The notes: generated by a model not told the origin, from the letters alone. DNA of 36,596 bases from Thermoproteota archaeon (GCA_049700215.1 JBNAVT010000022.1:1-36596), one strand, 5' to 3'; counted from the first letter of the stretch, positions 8,163 to 18,224 are shown. Translations and numbers: made by a program.

Positions 8163-9164
8163 TCACTCTGGGAACACTAAAATCTCCATGACTGACAATA
8201 GGAATACCATGTAGATGGTTAACAGGTAGAGACCTTCTCTTGAGCCAAGGTTCCCCTTATGCATTAAATACCATAAGAGTATGTTTGCGAGCGTTGAAAA
8301 AGCCACCAAGTCGGAGAAAACTTTGATGTTGAATCTTACTGGGGAAAAGAGAAGTGTTACTCCGAGTATAAGCGTAATGTTCGTGAAGCAGCTTCCTATA
8401 ACGTCGCCGAAGGCAAGATCCACATGCCCGTTCAACATGGCTTGAATATCCAGCGACAACTCCGGGAAGCTTGTCCCTACGGCGATAATGGTGGCGGATA
8501 TTATGGAGGCCGGTACTCCGATTATGAGGGCGATTTCTGCCGTTGAGTTAACCAGGATGTCTGCGCTGACAACAACCCCGATTATACCCATTAACCCTAA
8601 CACCGTGTGAAGCATTAACCTGCTTCTCCCACGATTCTTCGCTATGCCAGACTCAGCGTTTTCCTCCAGGGGGAGTTCTCTCTTTAAAATTATTTGAAAA
8701 GTGCGGTAGGCGTATATAAGTATCAGTATTAACCCGACGATCTTGCTAGCGGGCAGGAAGCTTATCAGGAGGATGGGAATAACGGATGCCGTGAATATCC
8801 CAAGGTACAGCATGTCGAGCTCTTCAGGTTTAAACCTGACAGGGGGGAGTTTCTTAGATCTTGTTCTGAAAGAATATAAGACTAAGCCTAATCCTATAAT
8901 CAGGCAAACGTTAGCAACGTTAGAACCCAGCACGTTCCCTATAGATACTGCGGCTTCTCCCGACATTGCTGCGAAAAAAGCTACTGCAAGCTCCGGTAGA
9001 GACGTTAATGTTGCTACTAGGGTGAAGCCTATTCTGGACTTCCCTAAGCCAGTTATCTCGGATATTTTCACGACGCTCCTAATGGCCACGTGGCTACTTA
9101 TTAAGAGCACTAGCAGAGAAACAGCCATGTTCGCAATGTTTAGCAAAAGTTCGTTCCCAATCAT
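8163..9164 (-). CDS. Na+/Ca2+ exchanger (CaCA, YrbG/NCX_Mj type)
   Basis: Alpha-1 repeat TSLPEL..GNVLGSNVAN and alpha-2 repeat GTSFPEL..GDVIGS; about 10 TM segments. Confidence 0.92.
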   Translation of the reverse strand: MIGNELLLNIANMAVSLLVLLISSHVAIRSVVKISEITGLGKSRIGFTLVATLTSLPELAVAFFAAMSGEAAVSIGNVLGSNVANVCLIIGLGLVLYSFRTRSKKLPPVRFKPEELDMLYLGIFTASVIPILLISFLPASKIVGLILILIYAYRTFQIILKRELPLEENAESGIAKNRGRSRLMLHTVLGLMGIIGVVVSADILVNSTAEIALIIGVPASIISATIIAVGTSFPELSLDIQAMLNGHVDLAFGDVIGSCFTNITLILGVTLLFSPVRFNIKVFSDLVAFSTLANILLWYLMHKGNLGSREGLYLLTIYMVFLLSVMEILVFPE

Positions 9165-9398
9165 CTACAGGCTTTTTAAAAACAGGGTTTAAAAGTTTTT
9201 CTCCCACCCTCCCATTCGACACTTATTGTTAAACGTTGCAACAGTGTTCGCGTTATAAACCCGGTTCTTCAAAAATTACATTTATCAATAAGTTAAATAT
9301 GTGAAGAAGTGGCTGAATTGGCGACGTTCTTCTTTGGATTTTGTATGGACGCGGATTTAAGGGAAAAAGTATATAAGGTTCCCGATTAAGATGGATGC

Positions 9399-10051
9399 AT
9401 GTTCCTCGAGCTGCTTACGCTAGTATCAGGCATATTTATTCTTGCCTATTGTAGTGAACGTGACGTAAGCCACGTTAGCGCGCCGCGCGCGGTTTCATTT
9501 CTAGAATAGATGCGCTGCTTCTCATCGCTGGCTATGTTCTTCTAATGATTGCTTCAAGGCATTATTTGCTGAAGAACTATAAGACACAGGGTGTTGAGAA
9601 CGGAAGTGCTTTCAAGCATTTACTATTGTTTTTCACATATCTGGCCGGCGTAGCGGTAGGGTCCTATATGGTGGTAAACGCTGTAATACTGCTTTCCAGC
9701 GAATTGCATATTCTCGAATACTTGATAAGCTTCTTCGTTCTCGCTATAGGCACTTCGCTCCCAGAATTAGTTGTCGACATAACTGCTGCGAGGAAGAAAG
9801 AGTATGCGATAGCATTAGGAGACATAATTGGAAGCAATATTGTTGATTCAACGTTAAGTATAGCTGCAGGCCCTATTATCGCTCCGATCGGTTTTGACGG
9901 AAGCCTTGCTTTCATCACCGGCCTATGGGCTTTCTCAGTCTCGTTAATAGTGTTTCTGCTTCTCGGGTTGAAGAGAGAGGTGAATCCTAGAATGAGGGTC
10001 TTTTTCATAATTCTCTACCTGTTTTCATATAGTCTGCTTTTCTTAGGTTGA
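9399..10051 (+). pseudogene. Second Na+/Ca2+ exchanger, inactivated by an internal deletion and frameshift that removes the alpha-1 half
   Basis: ATG 9399 gives MFLELLTLVSGIFILAYCSE..VSH (TM1), then stops. A second frame resumes at about 9491 as GFISRIDALLLIAGY and continues into the 9545 ORF, which has only the alpha-2 repeat GTSLPEL..GDIIGSN. TATA-like TATATAA at about 9370. Confidence 0.75.
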
Positions 10052-10088
10052 GACACGGGTTTACTAAGGGGATTGTTTACTCGTCTTA

Positions 10089-11093
10089 TCAGCGGTTTTC
10101 CCAGAGGAGTATAACCCCTAAAGCCTTCGTCCTGTCTTTCAACAGTTGCCCGTAGACTTCTGGAGCTTCCGTGTAAGGTATTTTATGAGTTATCATTTTC
10201 GAAACATCCAGCTCCTTGTTTTGAAGCATGTCGAAGAAGAGTTCAACATGCCTCCTCCTGCTCCAGGGATTGTTCAGGGTTTCAACTGGCGGGTGTGAAG
10301 AGTTGTGTGCACCTATTATGGTGAAGCTGGGAGCATTGCAGTAGTCGTGTAGATCGATGTAAGTCGGGCCTCTCGGGCTGCTTAACACAACGAACCTTCC
10401 AAGTCTTCTCAAGCATTTAAGCTCTTCAACAATCAGGTTCTGGTCTCCAGTGACCTCGAAAACAATATCCGCCATTCTCCCCTTAGTCAGTCTCTCAACC
10501 TCTGAGGCAACATTCTGTTTCAACGGGTTTATCCTAACAATATTCTCAGGAAGGTATCCAAGCCTATTTTCAGCGACGTCGACGACGATAACCGGCATCG
10601 CGCCCGCCATCTTGCAGATCCTCGCGGTCAACTGGCCGAGTATCCCGGCGCCGTAGATCACGACGGATTCTCCGAATGAAAGCTGGCTTCTCCTGACGCC
10701 GTTCATAACGATCTCCGCTATCGTGAAGAAGGATGCTTCCTCTTCAGAGACACCCTGGGGGACGAGCATAACATCCTTCTGCGAGGCTGAAACATACATG
10801 GCGTGAGGAGAGTATGAGGCTACGGTTTTCCCTATTAGGCTCCGGTCAGCATCAGGACCTGTGTCGACAACCACGCCTATATTGTCATAGCCTGGGACAA
10901 ACGGGTATTTGCCGTAGCCCGCCCAATACGACTGGGGAGGAAACTCTCCGCTTAAGATGGTAAGCTCTGTTCCTATGCTGATCAGGCTCCGCTTGGTTCT
11001 TATGAGAACCTCATCCCCCTCGACGTCAGGCGCCTTCCTGTCTTCAACGACAACGCTTTTAGGCTTCTGGAACACAACTGTCGGATTCTTCAA
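10089..11093 (-). CDS. Medium-chain (MDR) dehydrogenase, BchC/sugar-alcohol dehydrogenase-like subfamily
   Basis: SLISIGTE, YPFVPGYDNIG, Rossmann GAGILG, ADIVFEVTG, MITH. Confidence 0.85.
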   Translation of the reverse strand: MKNPTVVFQKPKSVVVEDRKAPDVEGDEVLIRTKRSLISIGTELTILSGEFPPQSYWAGYGKYPFVPGYDNIGVVVDTGPDADRSLIGKTVASYSPHAMYVSASQKDVMLVPQGVSEEEASFFTIAEIVMNGVRRSQLSFGESVVIYGAGILGQLTARICKMAGAMPVIVVDVAENRLGYLPENIVRINPLKQNVASEVERLTKGRMADIVFEVTGDQNLIVEELKCLRRLGRFVVLSSPRGPTYIDLHDYCNAPSFTIIGAHNSSHPPVETLNNPWSRRRHVELFFDMLQNKELDVSKMITHKIPYTEAPEVYGQLLKDRTKALGVILLWENR

Positions 11094-11199
11094 CCCTGTT
11101 TCATTAGGCTTCCCCTATAGATATCTTTTTCGCTCTATTCCGCGAAATATACGGGGAAACCTTATAAACCTGTTATAGTGTTTACGCCCTGTGACTCGA

Positions 11200-12714
11200 A
11201 TGTTCGACGAAATAATCCTGCCTGACGAGTTCAGAGATATTTACGACGAGGAAGACGGGGTGAAGAGGTTCAGGCTTTTCATAGGGGGTAAATGGGTTAA
11301 GCCTAGAAACGGGAGATACTTCAGTGTTAAATCGCCTTCAACCAGAAGGGTTTTGGCGGAGGCGCCGCTGGGAAGCAGGGACGAGGCCCTAGAAGCCATT
11401 TCGGAAGCAGATTCCTCTAGAAGCAGAATAAGGAATCTTGCAGCAATAGACAGGATAGAGATACTGGAAGCAGCGTCAAGACTACTGGCGAAATACGAGG
11501 ATTATTTGGTTAGCATCCTAGTTTCCGAGGCCGGCAAACCCTTGGCGTACGCGAAGGCGGAGGTTAACGCTGCAATCGAGAGAATGAGGCTCACGCTGGA
11601 GGAGGCTAGAAAGATCTATGGGGAATACATTCCGGGGGACTGGGTTAACGATACTAAGAACAAGTTCGCAATAGTTCTGAGGGAACCGGTTGGGATAGTT
11701 GCCGCCATCACGCCTTTCAACTACCCTCTTTTCTCCCCTGTTGCGAAGATTGCGCCTGCACTCGCCTCTGGGAACTGTGTTGTTCATAAGCCTGCTAGCG
11801 ATACTCCGGTGGCTGGGCTCCTCCTAGCTAGGGTTCTGCAGGCCGCTGGGCTTCCAGACGGTGTTTTAAACGTTGTAACAGGGCCTGGAGGCGAGGTTGG
11901 AGACGTTTTCGTCTCAGACCAGAGGGTGAGGGCTGTGAGCTTCACTGGAAGCACTGAGGTTGGTTCAAAGATCCCTGCTAAAGCAGGCTTGAAAAAACTG
12001 CATTTAGAGCTCGGGGGAAAGGCTGCCGCGATAGTGCTTAAGGATGCCGACATGGACCTGGCTGCGGAGAAGATTACGCTGGGGGTTGTGAAGAACTCTG
12101 GCCAGCGATGCGACGCCATAAGCCGGGCTTTAGTGGTTAAGGAGGTTGCAGACGAGCTTGTTGGGAAACTTGAAGAGAGATTCAGAAGCATCAGGTTCGG
12201 CTACCCTTGGGAGGAAGGTGTTCAGGTAGGCCCGTTGATAAATGAAAGGGCTCTGAACAATGTTGCCAGCCTCGTTGAGGATGCTGTGAGCAAGAATGCT
12301 GTTTTACTCGTCGGAGGCAGAAACCATGGTTTGATCTATGAGCCGACGCTTCTAGACCATGTTCCGCTTGAAGCAAGGATCGCCTGGGAGGAGACATTCG
12401 GCCCAGTCTTGCCTGTGATAAGGGTTAGTGACGAGCGCGAAGCCGTGGAAATCGCGAACAAGTCCAACCTGGGTCTAGACTCCGCGGTTTTCACGAGCTC
12501 GCTGTACAGCATGTGGAGGGTTGCTAAGACTCTTCAAGTCGGGACGGTGAGTGTGAACGATGCTCCTGCACACGGGGTTGGGAACTTTCCTTTCGGCGGG
12601 GTTAAAGACTCGGGAGTGGGGAGAGAGGGGCTTGGATACAGTATAGACGAGTTGACCGTTATAAAAACGATTTCTGTGAACATCGCGCCATCCGGGCTCT
12701 GGAAAGGAAGATGA
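11200..12714 (+). CDS. gapN: Non-phosphorylating glyceraldehyde-3-phosphate dehydrogenase (archaeal GAPN, ALDH superfamily)
   Basis: GEYIPGDW, ITPFNYP, FTGSTEVG, LELGGK, catalytic GQRCDAI, EETFGP, FPFGGVKDSG. TATA CTTATAAA at 11161. Confidence 0.85.
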   Translation: MFDEIILPDEFRDIYDEEDGVKRFRLFIGGKWVKPRNGRYFSVKSPSTRRVLAEAPLGSRDEALEAISEADSSRSRIRNLAAIDRIEILEAASRLLAKYEDYLVSILVSEAGKPLAYAKAEVNAAIERMRLTLEEARKIYGEYIPGDWVNDTKNKFAIVLREPVGIVAAITPFNYPLFSPVAKIAPALASGNCVVHKPASDTPVAGLLLARVLQAAGLPDGVLNVVTGPGGEVGDVFVSDQRVRAVSFTGSTEVGSKIPAKAGLKKLHLELGGKAAAIVLKDADMDLAAEKITLGVVKNSGQRCDAISRALVVKEVADELVGKLEERFRSIRFGYPWEEGVQVGPLINERALNNVASLVEDAVSKNAVLLVGGRNHGLIYEPTLLDHVPLEARIAWEETFGPVLPVIRVSDEREAVEIANKSNLGLDSAVFTSSLYSMWRVAKTLQVGTVSVNDAPAHGVGNFPFGGVKDSGVGREGLGYSIDELTVIKTISVNIAPSGLWKGR

Positions 12715-12760
12715 CCCGAGAAGCTTAAAAATTAATATTCTAAGGATTACCGGTAAACCC

Positions 12761-13726
12761 ATGGCATTAGGCGGGTCGCAAAGGATCCTAGGCTTGGTTT
12801 ATGGGGAGGAACTGTTATCCTATGACTTCGGCCCAAGCCACGTGATGAATTCAGCCAGGCTTAAATCCTTCTTCACCTCTCTAGAATCATCCGGGCTGCT
12901 TTCAGACAACCGGATCCTTCTGATTAAGCCTAGGAGGGCCACAATAGAGGAGATAGCCCTCTACCATGACAGGAAGTACATAGAGTTCGTGGAGGAAATG
13001 TCTGAAGAGGGCAAAGGTCTTCTCGACCACGGGGATACTCCTGCTTTTCCAGGTGTTTTCGAAGCGGCGTCGCTTGTAGTCGGCTCCACGCTTGAAGCAC
13101 TTGAAGCAGTCGTGAGGCGAGACGCTTTATACTCTATGAACCCGATGGGAGGACTACACCACGCGAGGCGCGGCAAGGCGGCTGGGTTCTGTGTTTTCAA
13201 CGATATCGGTGTTTTGATCGAGAAGGCTAGAAGAGAATACGGCCTGAGAAAAATACTTTACGTAGACTTGGATGCTCACCACGGCGACGGAGTGATGTAT
13301 GATTATTATTATGACCCCAATCTTTTCATAGTAGATTTTCACGAGAACGGGAGGTATCTTTACCCTGGTACTGGCTTCGAAGGCGAGACTGGCGCTGGGG
13401 AAGCCGTTGGGACTAAGCTGAACCTTCCTTTAAAACCATGGGCGACCGACCGGGATTTCAAGGAGAAACTGGAGAAGGCTAAGCAGTTCATGTCTGAAGG
13501 CTCTTTCGAGTTGATGGTTTTCCAAGCTGGTGCCGACAGCGTTGCTGGAGACCCCATTACTCATCTGAAGCTTACCGCTCAGGCTCATCTCCATATCGTT
13601 TCCCTCCTTAAAGAGTTGTCACGCAGGTCAGGCATGTGCCCCTTGATAGTGCTGGGCGGTGGAGGGTATAATCCGAGTAACACTGCGGAAGTCTGGCTTA
13701 AAATAGTTAATGCTTTAATAGAATAA
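12761..13726 (+). CDS. Zn-dependent histone deacetylase family / AcuC-like deacetylase
   Basis: GGLHHA, GFCVFND, DLDAHHGDG, YPGTG, GAD...DP, LGGGGY. Confidence 0.92.
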   Translation: MALGGSQRILGLVYGEELLSYDFGPSHVMNSARLKSFFTSLESSGLLSDNRILLIKPRRATIEEIALYHDRKYIEFVEEMSEEGKGLLDHGDTPAFPGVFEAASLVVGSTLEALEAVVRRDALYSMNPMGGLHHARRGKAAGFCVFNDIGVLIEKARREYGLRKILYVDLDAHHGDGVMYDYYYDPNLFIVDFHENGRYLYPGTGFEGETGAGEAVGTKLNLPLKPWATDRDFKEKLEKAKQFMSEGSFELMVFQAGADSVAGDPITHLKLTAQAHLHIVSLLKELSRRSGMCPLIVLGGGGYNPSNTAEVWLKIVNALIE

Positions 13727-13794
13727 AAGGTTTACTAAAGGCCTCCGTAGACGCGTAAATGGTTAAATGGGCGTAGCCCCCCCGGTATGACTGC

Positions 13795-14700
13795 ATGAAG
13801 ACAGCCGTGTTGATGGAGCTCCTCGCAATATTCCTTTGGGCGTTGGGAAACATATTCGTAGCCTATCTTAACATGTTTTTCGACAATTATACTCAGAACT
13901 TTTTCAGGTTTGTTTCAGCCGCCATGGTGTTACTTTTTTTCTCCATGTTCTTAAACAAGGATGACTACTTAAACTCTTTGAAAAACCTGAAGATGCTTTC
14001 AACCCCAGTCTTCACAGTCTTCGCCTTCCAGATACTGATTGTTTACGGAATAGCTTTTACAACGCCAACCATAGCCACGCTAATAACTAGGCTCAGCATC
14101 ATCTTCGTCGACCTACTCTCCTTCCTCCTATTTCCGGAGGAGAAGGCAGCGCTTTCGAAAAAAGGCTTCGCAACCGGCACTATAATATCTTTCATAGGGG
14201 TTTCAGGGGTTGTTCTAACAGGTTCCGGTCTTTTCCACTCAGATGGATTTTTTCTAGCCGGAGTCGTCCTCCTATTGTTGGCCTCAATACTCTGGGCGGT
14301 TTACACGGTTTCCGTCAAGATTGTTCTTAGGGGTTCGGACCCGCTTTCAGCAACAGTCAACATATTCCTGTTTTCCGGAATAATGTACCTGCCCTTCTCA
14401 ATATTAACGGGGGGAATATACAGGGTTTTTAAAGTAGAGCCTGCTCTGAACCTGCTGCTAATCGTCTCAGGCATCCTTGCAGTAGGCTTAGCGAATTTTC
14501 TCAACTATTCCGCCATCCGGAGGCTGGGCGCATCCCTGCCTGCAAACCTTCAGATCCTCCTTCCGGTTTTCACCGGCGTGATGTCGGTTGCAGTGTTCCA
14601 TGAAGAAATGCAACCCCATAAAATCTTCTTCTCCGCCCTAACTTTGATCGGGTGCTGGATCATCGTTAAAACTTCAGAAAAAACCGTTTTAAAAGGCTGA
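13795..14700 (+). CDS. DMT/EamA family transporter
   Basis: Two 5-TM repeats (AIFLWALG..FFRF; SILWAVYTV..AIRRLGAS). Confidence 0.88.
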   Translation: MKTAVLMELLAIFLWALGNIFVAYLNMFFDNYTQNFFRFVSAAMVLLFFSMFLNKDDYLNSLKNLKMLSTPVFTVFAFQILIVYGIAFTTPTIATLITRLSIIFVDLLSFLLFPEEKAALSKKGFATGTIISFIGVSGVVLTGSGLFHSDGFFLAGVVLLLLASILWAVYTVSVKIVLRGSDPLSATVNIFLFSGIMYLPFSILTGGIYRVFKVEPALNLLLIVSGILAVGLANFLNYSAIRRLGASLPANLQILLPVFTGVMSVAVFHEEMQPHKIFFSALTLIGCWIIVKTSEKTVLKG

Positions 14701-14790
14701 GTGTTCAGTGTTAAACGTCTCCAGTGAACCCGACCTAGCCGGCACCTGTTCAATAGAAAACTTTATCCACATGGTTTAGCCGGCTGATTC

Positions 14791-16107
14791 ATGAGCACTA
14801 CGGATGAGCTTGTGAAGCTGCTTTCAAACCTGCTGCAAATAGACACCAGTAATCCACCTGGGAACGAGAGTAGTGCCGCAGGCTTCCTGAGAGACTGGCT
14901 TCGCGACAAGGGTGTTGAATCTGAAATCCTAGAGTTTGAGAAAGCAAGGGGGAACCTGGTTTCCAAGATAAAAGGGTCCGGTGAAGGACTCTCTTTACTC
15001 CTGCTTTCGCACACGGATGTTGTTCCCGCCGACCCAGCCAGGTGGAGGATCCCTCCTTTCTCAGGCGCTGTTAAAGACGGGTATGTCTGGGGGAGGGGAG
15101 CGTTAGACATGAAGAGCATGGTTGCTGTGGAAACAATGGTTTTCAGCGAAATGGTTGACAGGGAGTTGAAGGGTGACTTGGTTCTTGCAGCAACTGCCGA
15201 CGAGGAGAAAGGTGGCTCAGGCATAAAAGACATGATGGAGAAAGCGTTGGGAAAGATTGCTGTCGACTACGTTATAAACGAGGGCGGGGGGGAGGGGATA
15301 CTTACCAGGAAGGGTTGGCTTTTCGACATTCAGACGGCTGAAAGAGGGGTTTTTTGGTATCGGGTTCGTACAAAGGGTTCTCCTGCGCACGGCTCAGTAC
15401 CCGGGCTAGGGGTGAACGCTATAGATAGGATGCGCCCCCTACTTAACAGGGTTTCAGAATTCAAGGGAGCCAGCGAGAGGGTTGAGCCCTCTTGGAGGCA
15501 TGTTGAATCCCTGTTGAAAATGATGGGGCTCGCCGATGAAGAGGCTAGCATAAACATGAACAATATTGATATTCTACTAGACAGGTTGGCTGAAGCCGAT
15601 AAAGGACTGGGGGAGTCTGCGAAATCAATGCTTCGGGTTACGATGACGCCTACAGTGATACAGGGAGGTGTTAAGGAGAACGTTGTTCCATACGAGTGTA
15701 CGCTAACGGTTGACTGCAGGGTCCCCCCGGGCTACTCTGTGGAGCGTGTGAAAAGGATGATTAGGGATTTGTTCCATGGCCTCGAATACGAGTTGGAGTT
15801 CATACAAGAGTCGGAGCCCACCGTCTCCCCTGTTAACACCCCCTTATACAGGGCTGTTGAGAGTTCTCTCTTAAAACTGGTTCCCGGCGCTAGGCTTGAA
15901 CCAACTACGATGACCGGTGGAACTGATTCGCGATACTTCAGGAGGATAGGCATACCTGCATACGGCTTTCAGCCTTTAATGGTTGAGGGAAACTATTACG
16001 ACTGGTCTAGAATGGTGCACGGAGATAATGAAAGGATTTCAATAGAGAATCTAGTATTCTGTTACAGAGTGTTGAAACAAGTGGTGGAATCATTCATGTT
16101 GAAGTAG
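14791..16107 (+). CDS. M20 family metallopeptidase/amidohydrolase (ArgE/DapE-like)
   Basis: IDTSNPPGNE, HTDVVP, WGRGALDMK, DEE, NEGG, GGTDSR, HGDNERI. Confidence 0.92.
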   Translation: MSTTDELVKLLSNLLQIDTSNPPGNESSAAGFLRDWLRDKGVESEILEFEKARGNLVSKIKGSGEGLSLLLLSHTDVVPADPARWRIPPFSGAVKDGYVWGRGALDMKSMVAVETMVFSEMVDRELKGDLVLAATADEEKGGSGIKDMMEKALGKIAVDYVINEGGGEGILTRKGWLFDIQTAERGVFWYRVRTKGSPAHGSVPGLGVNAIDRMRPLLNRVSEFKGASERVEPSWRHVESLLKMMGLADEEASINMNNIDILLDRLAEADKGLGESAKSMLRVTMTPTVIQGGVKENVVPYECTLTVDCRVPPGYSVERVKRMIRDLFHGLEYELEFIQESEPTVSPVNTPLYRAVESSLLKLVPGARLEPTTMTGGTDSRYFRRIGIPAYGFQPLMVEGNYYDWSRMVHGDNERISIENLVFCYRVLKQVVESFMLK

Positions 16108-16182
16108 GACCAACTGTTCACGTGTTAGAAAGCATGTCGACTAAAGCCTGTTACGGATTAAAAAAAGCGTGGAACATACAGT

Positions 16183-16566
16183 TTAGATATATTGTTTGCA
16201 GTTGTAACAGTAGTATCTCTTATACTGTGGTATCCATGTTCCGGGCTTGCCACACTTAGGGCAGAGCGGTATTGAGGGTTGAGCTGCAGGAGCCGCTGCG
16301 GCTGGAGCTTGCTGTGCAACAGGTGCAGTAGCCATAGCAACCTGGGGTATCTCAATCTTCCTAGAAAGCAGGATTATGTCTCCAACAGTCTTCACGTCGC
16401 CCCACTCTATCTCAACAGTGCTGCCGGCTTTTGTCGAAATATACAGGGTTATGCCTCCCTCGCCTGGAACAAGCCCTATTTCCTTAACCGTACCTACGAA
16501 AAGGCAATCAGGGTCATAGACCTGCATGCCTATCAGTTTTGACTGAGGAATCCCTTTCCCACTCAT
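16183..16566 (-). CDS. PRC-barrel protein with Ala/Pro linker and C-terminal zinc ribbon
   Basis: KLIGMQVYD...VGTVKEI...IEWGDVKTVGDIILL (PRC barrel); CPKCG..TWIPQYKRYYCYNC. ATG 16566 fits the TATA at about 16591-16598 (- strand). T7 tract downstream at 16160-16166. Confidence 0.85.
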   Translation of the reverse strand: MSGKGIPQSKLIGMQVYDPDCLFVGTVKEIGLVPGEGGITLYISTKAGSTVEIEWGDVKTVGDIILLSRKIEIPQVAMATAPVAQQAPAAAAPAAQPSIPLCPKCGKPGTWIPQYKRYYCYNCKQYI

Positions 16567-16668
16567 CGCTGATGAGAACATTATAGGGTCATATATTAAC
16601 TTTCACGTTTTTCATCCAAGATGCCTATGGAAACATTTTTGAAAGACTAGGAACGCAGGCATCCGTCC

Positions 16669-17901
16669 TTAAGACATGCTAAGCTCATCCGCGTTCCTCC
16701 TAACCTTTTCGAACGCAGCTATTATGTCATCCATATCCTCCTTTGAGCCGAGCAGCACGTTCTGAGGCAGCCATAAGCCCTCCTCGTAACAAGCCTTCTC
16801 AGCCACAGGCAGGCTTAGCTTAGAGTAATCCATTGAACCACCGTAGTATGCGCAGGACAGCGGGCACTTTTTGAAATATTCGAAGTATGGCTCCCTATAG
16901 AGCGGCTTGGAATATCCAACGCTTACAGGTATTCCCTCTGCCTTCATCGCCTCGGCAAAACCAGCCTTGGATACTCCTCCGAAGGCCTCTGGGTCGTACC
17001 TGAATATGTAGAGGTGCCAAGCATGCCTAGTGATCCTCTCATCATTCTTCAGAGGCTTTAAACCATCTATTTTAGAAAGCTTGCTGTTAAGATAGCTTGC
17101 GTTCTCCATTCGTCTCCTCGTATGCTCGTCAAGCCTCTCGAGTTGAACGAGCAGTAGTGCAGCCTGAAACTCAGTCATACGGTAGTTGACACCGGGAAGA
17201 TAATGCTCGTACCATGCTCCCTGAGGGAGGCGGCCGCAGTTATGCAGGCTCCAAGCCTTAACGTACAGCTCCTGGTCACTTGTTACCGTGATTCCTCCCT
17301 CCCCGCTGGTAATGTTCTTGCTCGACTGGAAGCTGAAGCACCCGAAGTCGCCGAAGCTCCCTGTTCTCCTTCCCCTCCACTCTGCGCCCCAGGCTTGACA
17401 CGCGTCTTCAACCACACGCAGATCATGCTTCTCCGCTATCCTCATGATCTCATCCATGTTAGCCGGCCTGCCTCCTATGTGGACGGGGAGGATTGCCCTT
17501 GTTTTTCCAGTTACAGCCTCCTCTATTCTCCGAGGGTCAATGTTGAAAGTATCCGGCTCAATGTCGACGAAGACCGGTATGGCGTTAACGTAAAGGATTG
17601 CTGTGGCTGTAGCCATGAAAGTGTAGGGGGTTGTTATAACCTCGCTCCCGCAGCCTATTCCACATGCCCTGAGAGATATTTCAAGAGCGGTTGTGCCACT
17701 GGTAACAGCAACCCCATACTTCGCATGCTGGTATGCTGCGAATTTCTCCTCAAGCTGCTTAACGTATTGTCCCCCTATGCCCCACACGCTGCTTTCCAAA
17801 ACTTTTTTCAAAGCTTCAAGCTCCCTGTCATCGAAGACAGGCCATTTCGGAAATGGCTTATCCCTGACTGGTCTACCTCCCTTTAAGGCTAGTTGAACCA
17901 T
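16669..17901 (-). CDS. DegT/DnrJ/EryC1/StrS PLP-dependent sugar aminotransferase (AHBA-synthase-like)
   Basis: LALKGGRPV, SGTTAL, TFMAT, EDACQAWG, FSFQSSKNITSGEGG (PLP Lys), NYRMTEFQAA. Start taken as ATG 17901. Confidence 0.92.
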   Translation of the reverse strand: MVQLALKGGRPVRDKPFPKWPVFDDRELEALKKVLESSVWGIGGQYVKQLEEKFAAYQHAKYGVAVTSGTTALEISLRACGIGCGSEVITTPYTFMATATAILYVNAIPVFVDIEPDTFNIDPRRIEEAVTGKTRAILPVHIGGRPANMDEIMRIAEKHDLRVVEDACQAWGAEWRGRRTGSFGDFGCFSFQSSKNITSGEGGITVTSDQELYVKAWSLHNCGRLPQGAWYEHYLPGVNYRMTEFQAALLLVQLERLDEHTRRRMENASYLNSKLSKIDGLKPLKNDERITRHAWHLYIFRYDPEAFGGVSKAGFAEAMKAEGIPVSVGYSKPLYREPYFEYFKKCPLSCAYYGGSMDYSKLSLPVAEKACYEEGLWLPQNVLLGSKEDMDDIIAAFEKVRRNADELSMS

Positions 17902-18044
17902 GTCTCCAGCTTTATTCAAGCTGTATAAAAACATATCTCGCGAAATCAGCCTCAACCTCTTGACTCATCTCAATATCGTGGAACATTTTGAATATTTACC
18001 TTGCAAGGTTTAAATAAGAGAGGCGGGTGAATTAGAAGCCTGCA

Positions 18045-18224
18045 ATGGCGGCAGGTGTTTCGAGAAAATACAGGTGCACTGTATGCGGGTATGTTTACGA
18101 TCCTTCTGAGGGGGATCCTGATTCCGGGGTCCTGCCAGGAACACCTTTCGAAAAGCTTCCTGAGGAATGGGTTTGCCCGGTTTGCGGAGCCAGCAAAGAT
18201 CTTTTTGAACCAGTAGCCGGATAA
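18045..18224 (+). CDS. rub: Rubredoxin (59 aa; absent from the ORF track)
   Basis: Manual translation: [59 protein letters not shown]. Canonical CxxCGY and WVCPxCG motifs. TATA TTTAAATA at 18009-18016. Confidence 0.97.
   Translation: MAAGVSRKYRCTVCGYVYDPSEGDPDSGVLPGTPFEKLPEEWVCPVCGASKDLFEPVAG

Noticed and set aside
9545-10051. Stand-alone 168-aa exchanger gene
   Set aside because: Upstream DNA holds an out-of-frame TM1 and an in-frame TM5, so it is better read as part of a broken full-length gene.
11161-11185. TrmB/TGM-like operator at the gapN promoter (TATAA-N5-TTATA)
   Set aside because: It does not match TATCAC-N5-GTGATA, and half of it is the TATA box itself.
17203-17886. 227-aa plus-strand ORF
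   Set aside because: Antisense shadow of the DegT aminotransferase with no recognisable motif. The same applies to the many other antisense ORFs in the track (e.g. 1693, 5634, 8743, 14763, 34731, 35635).
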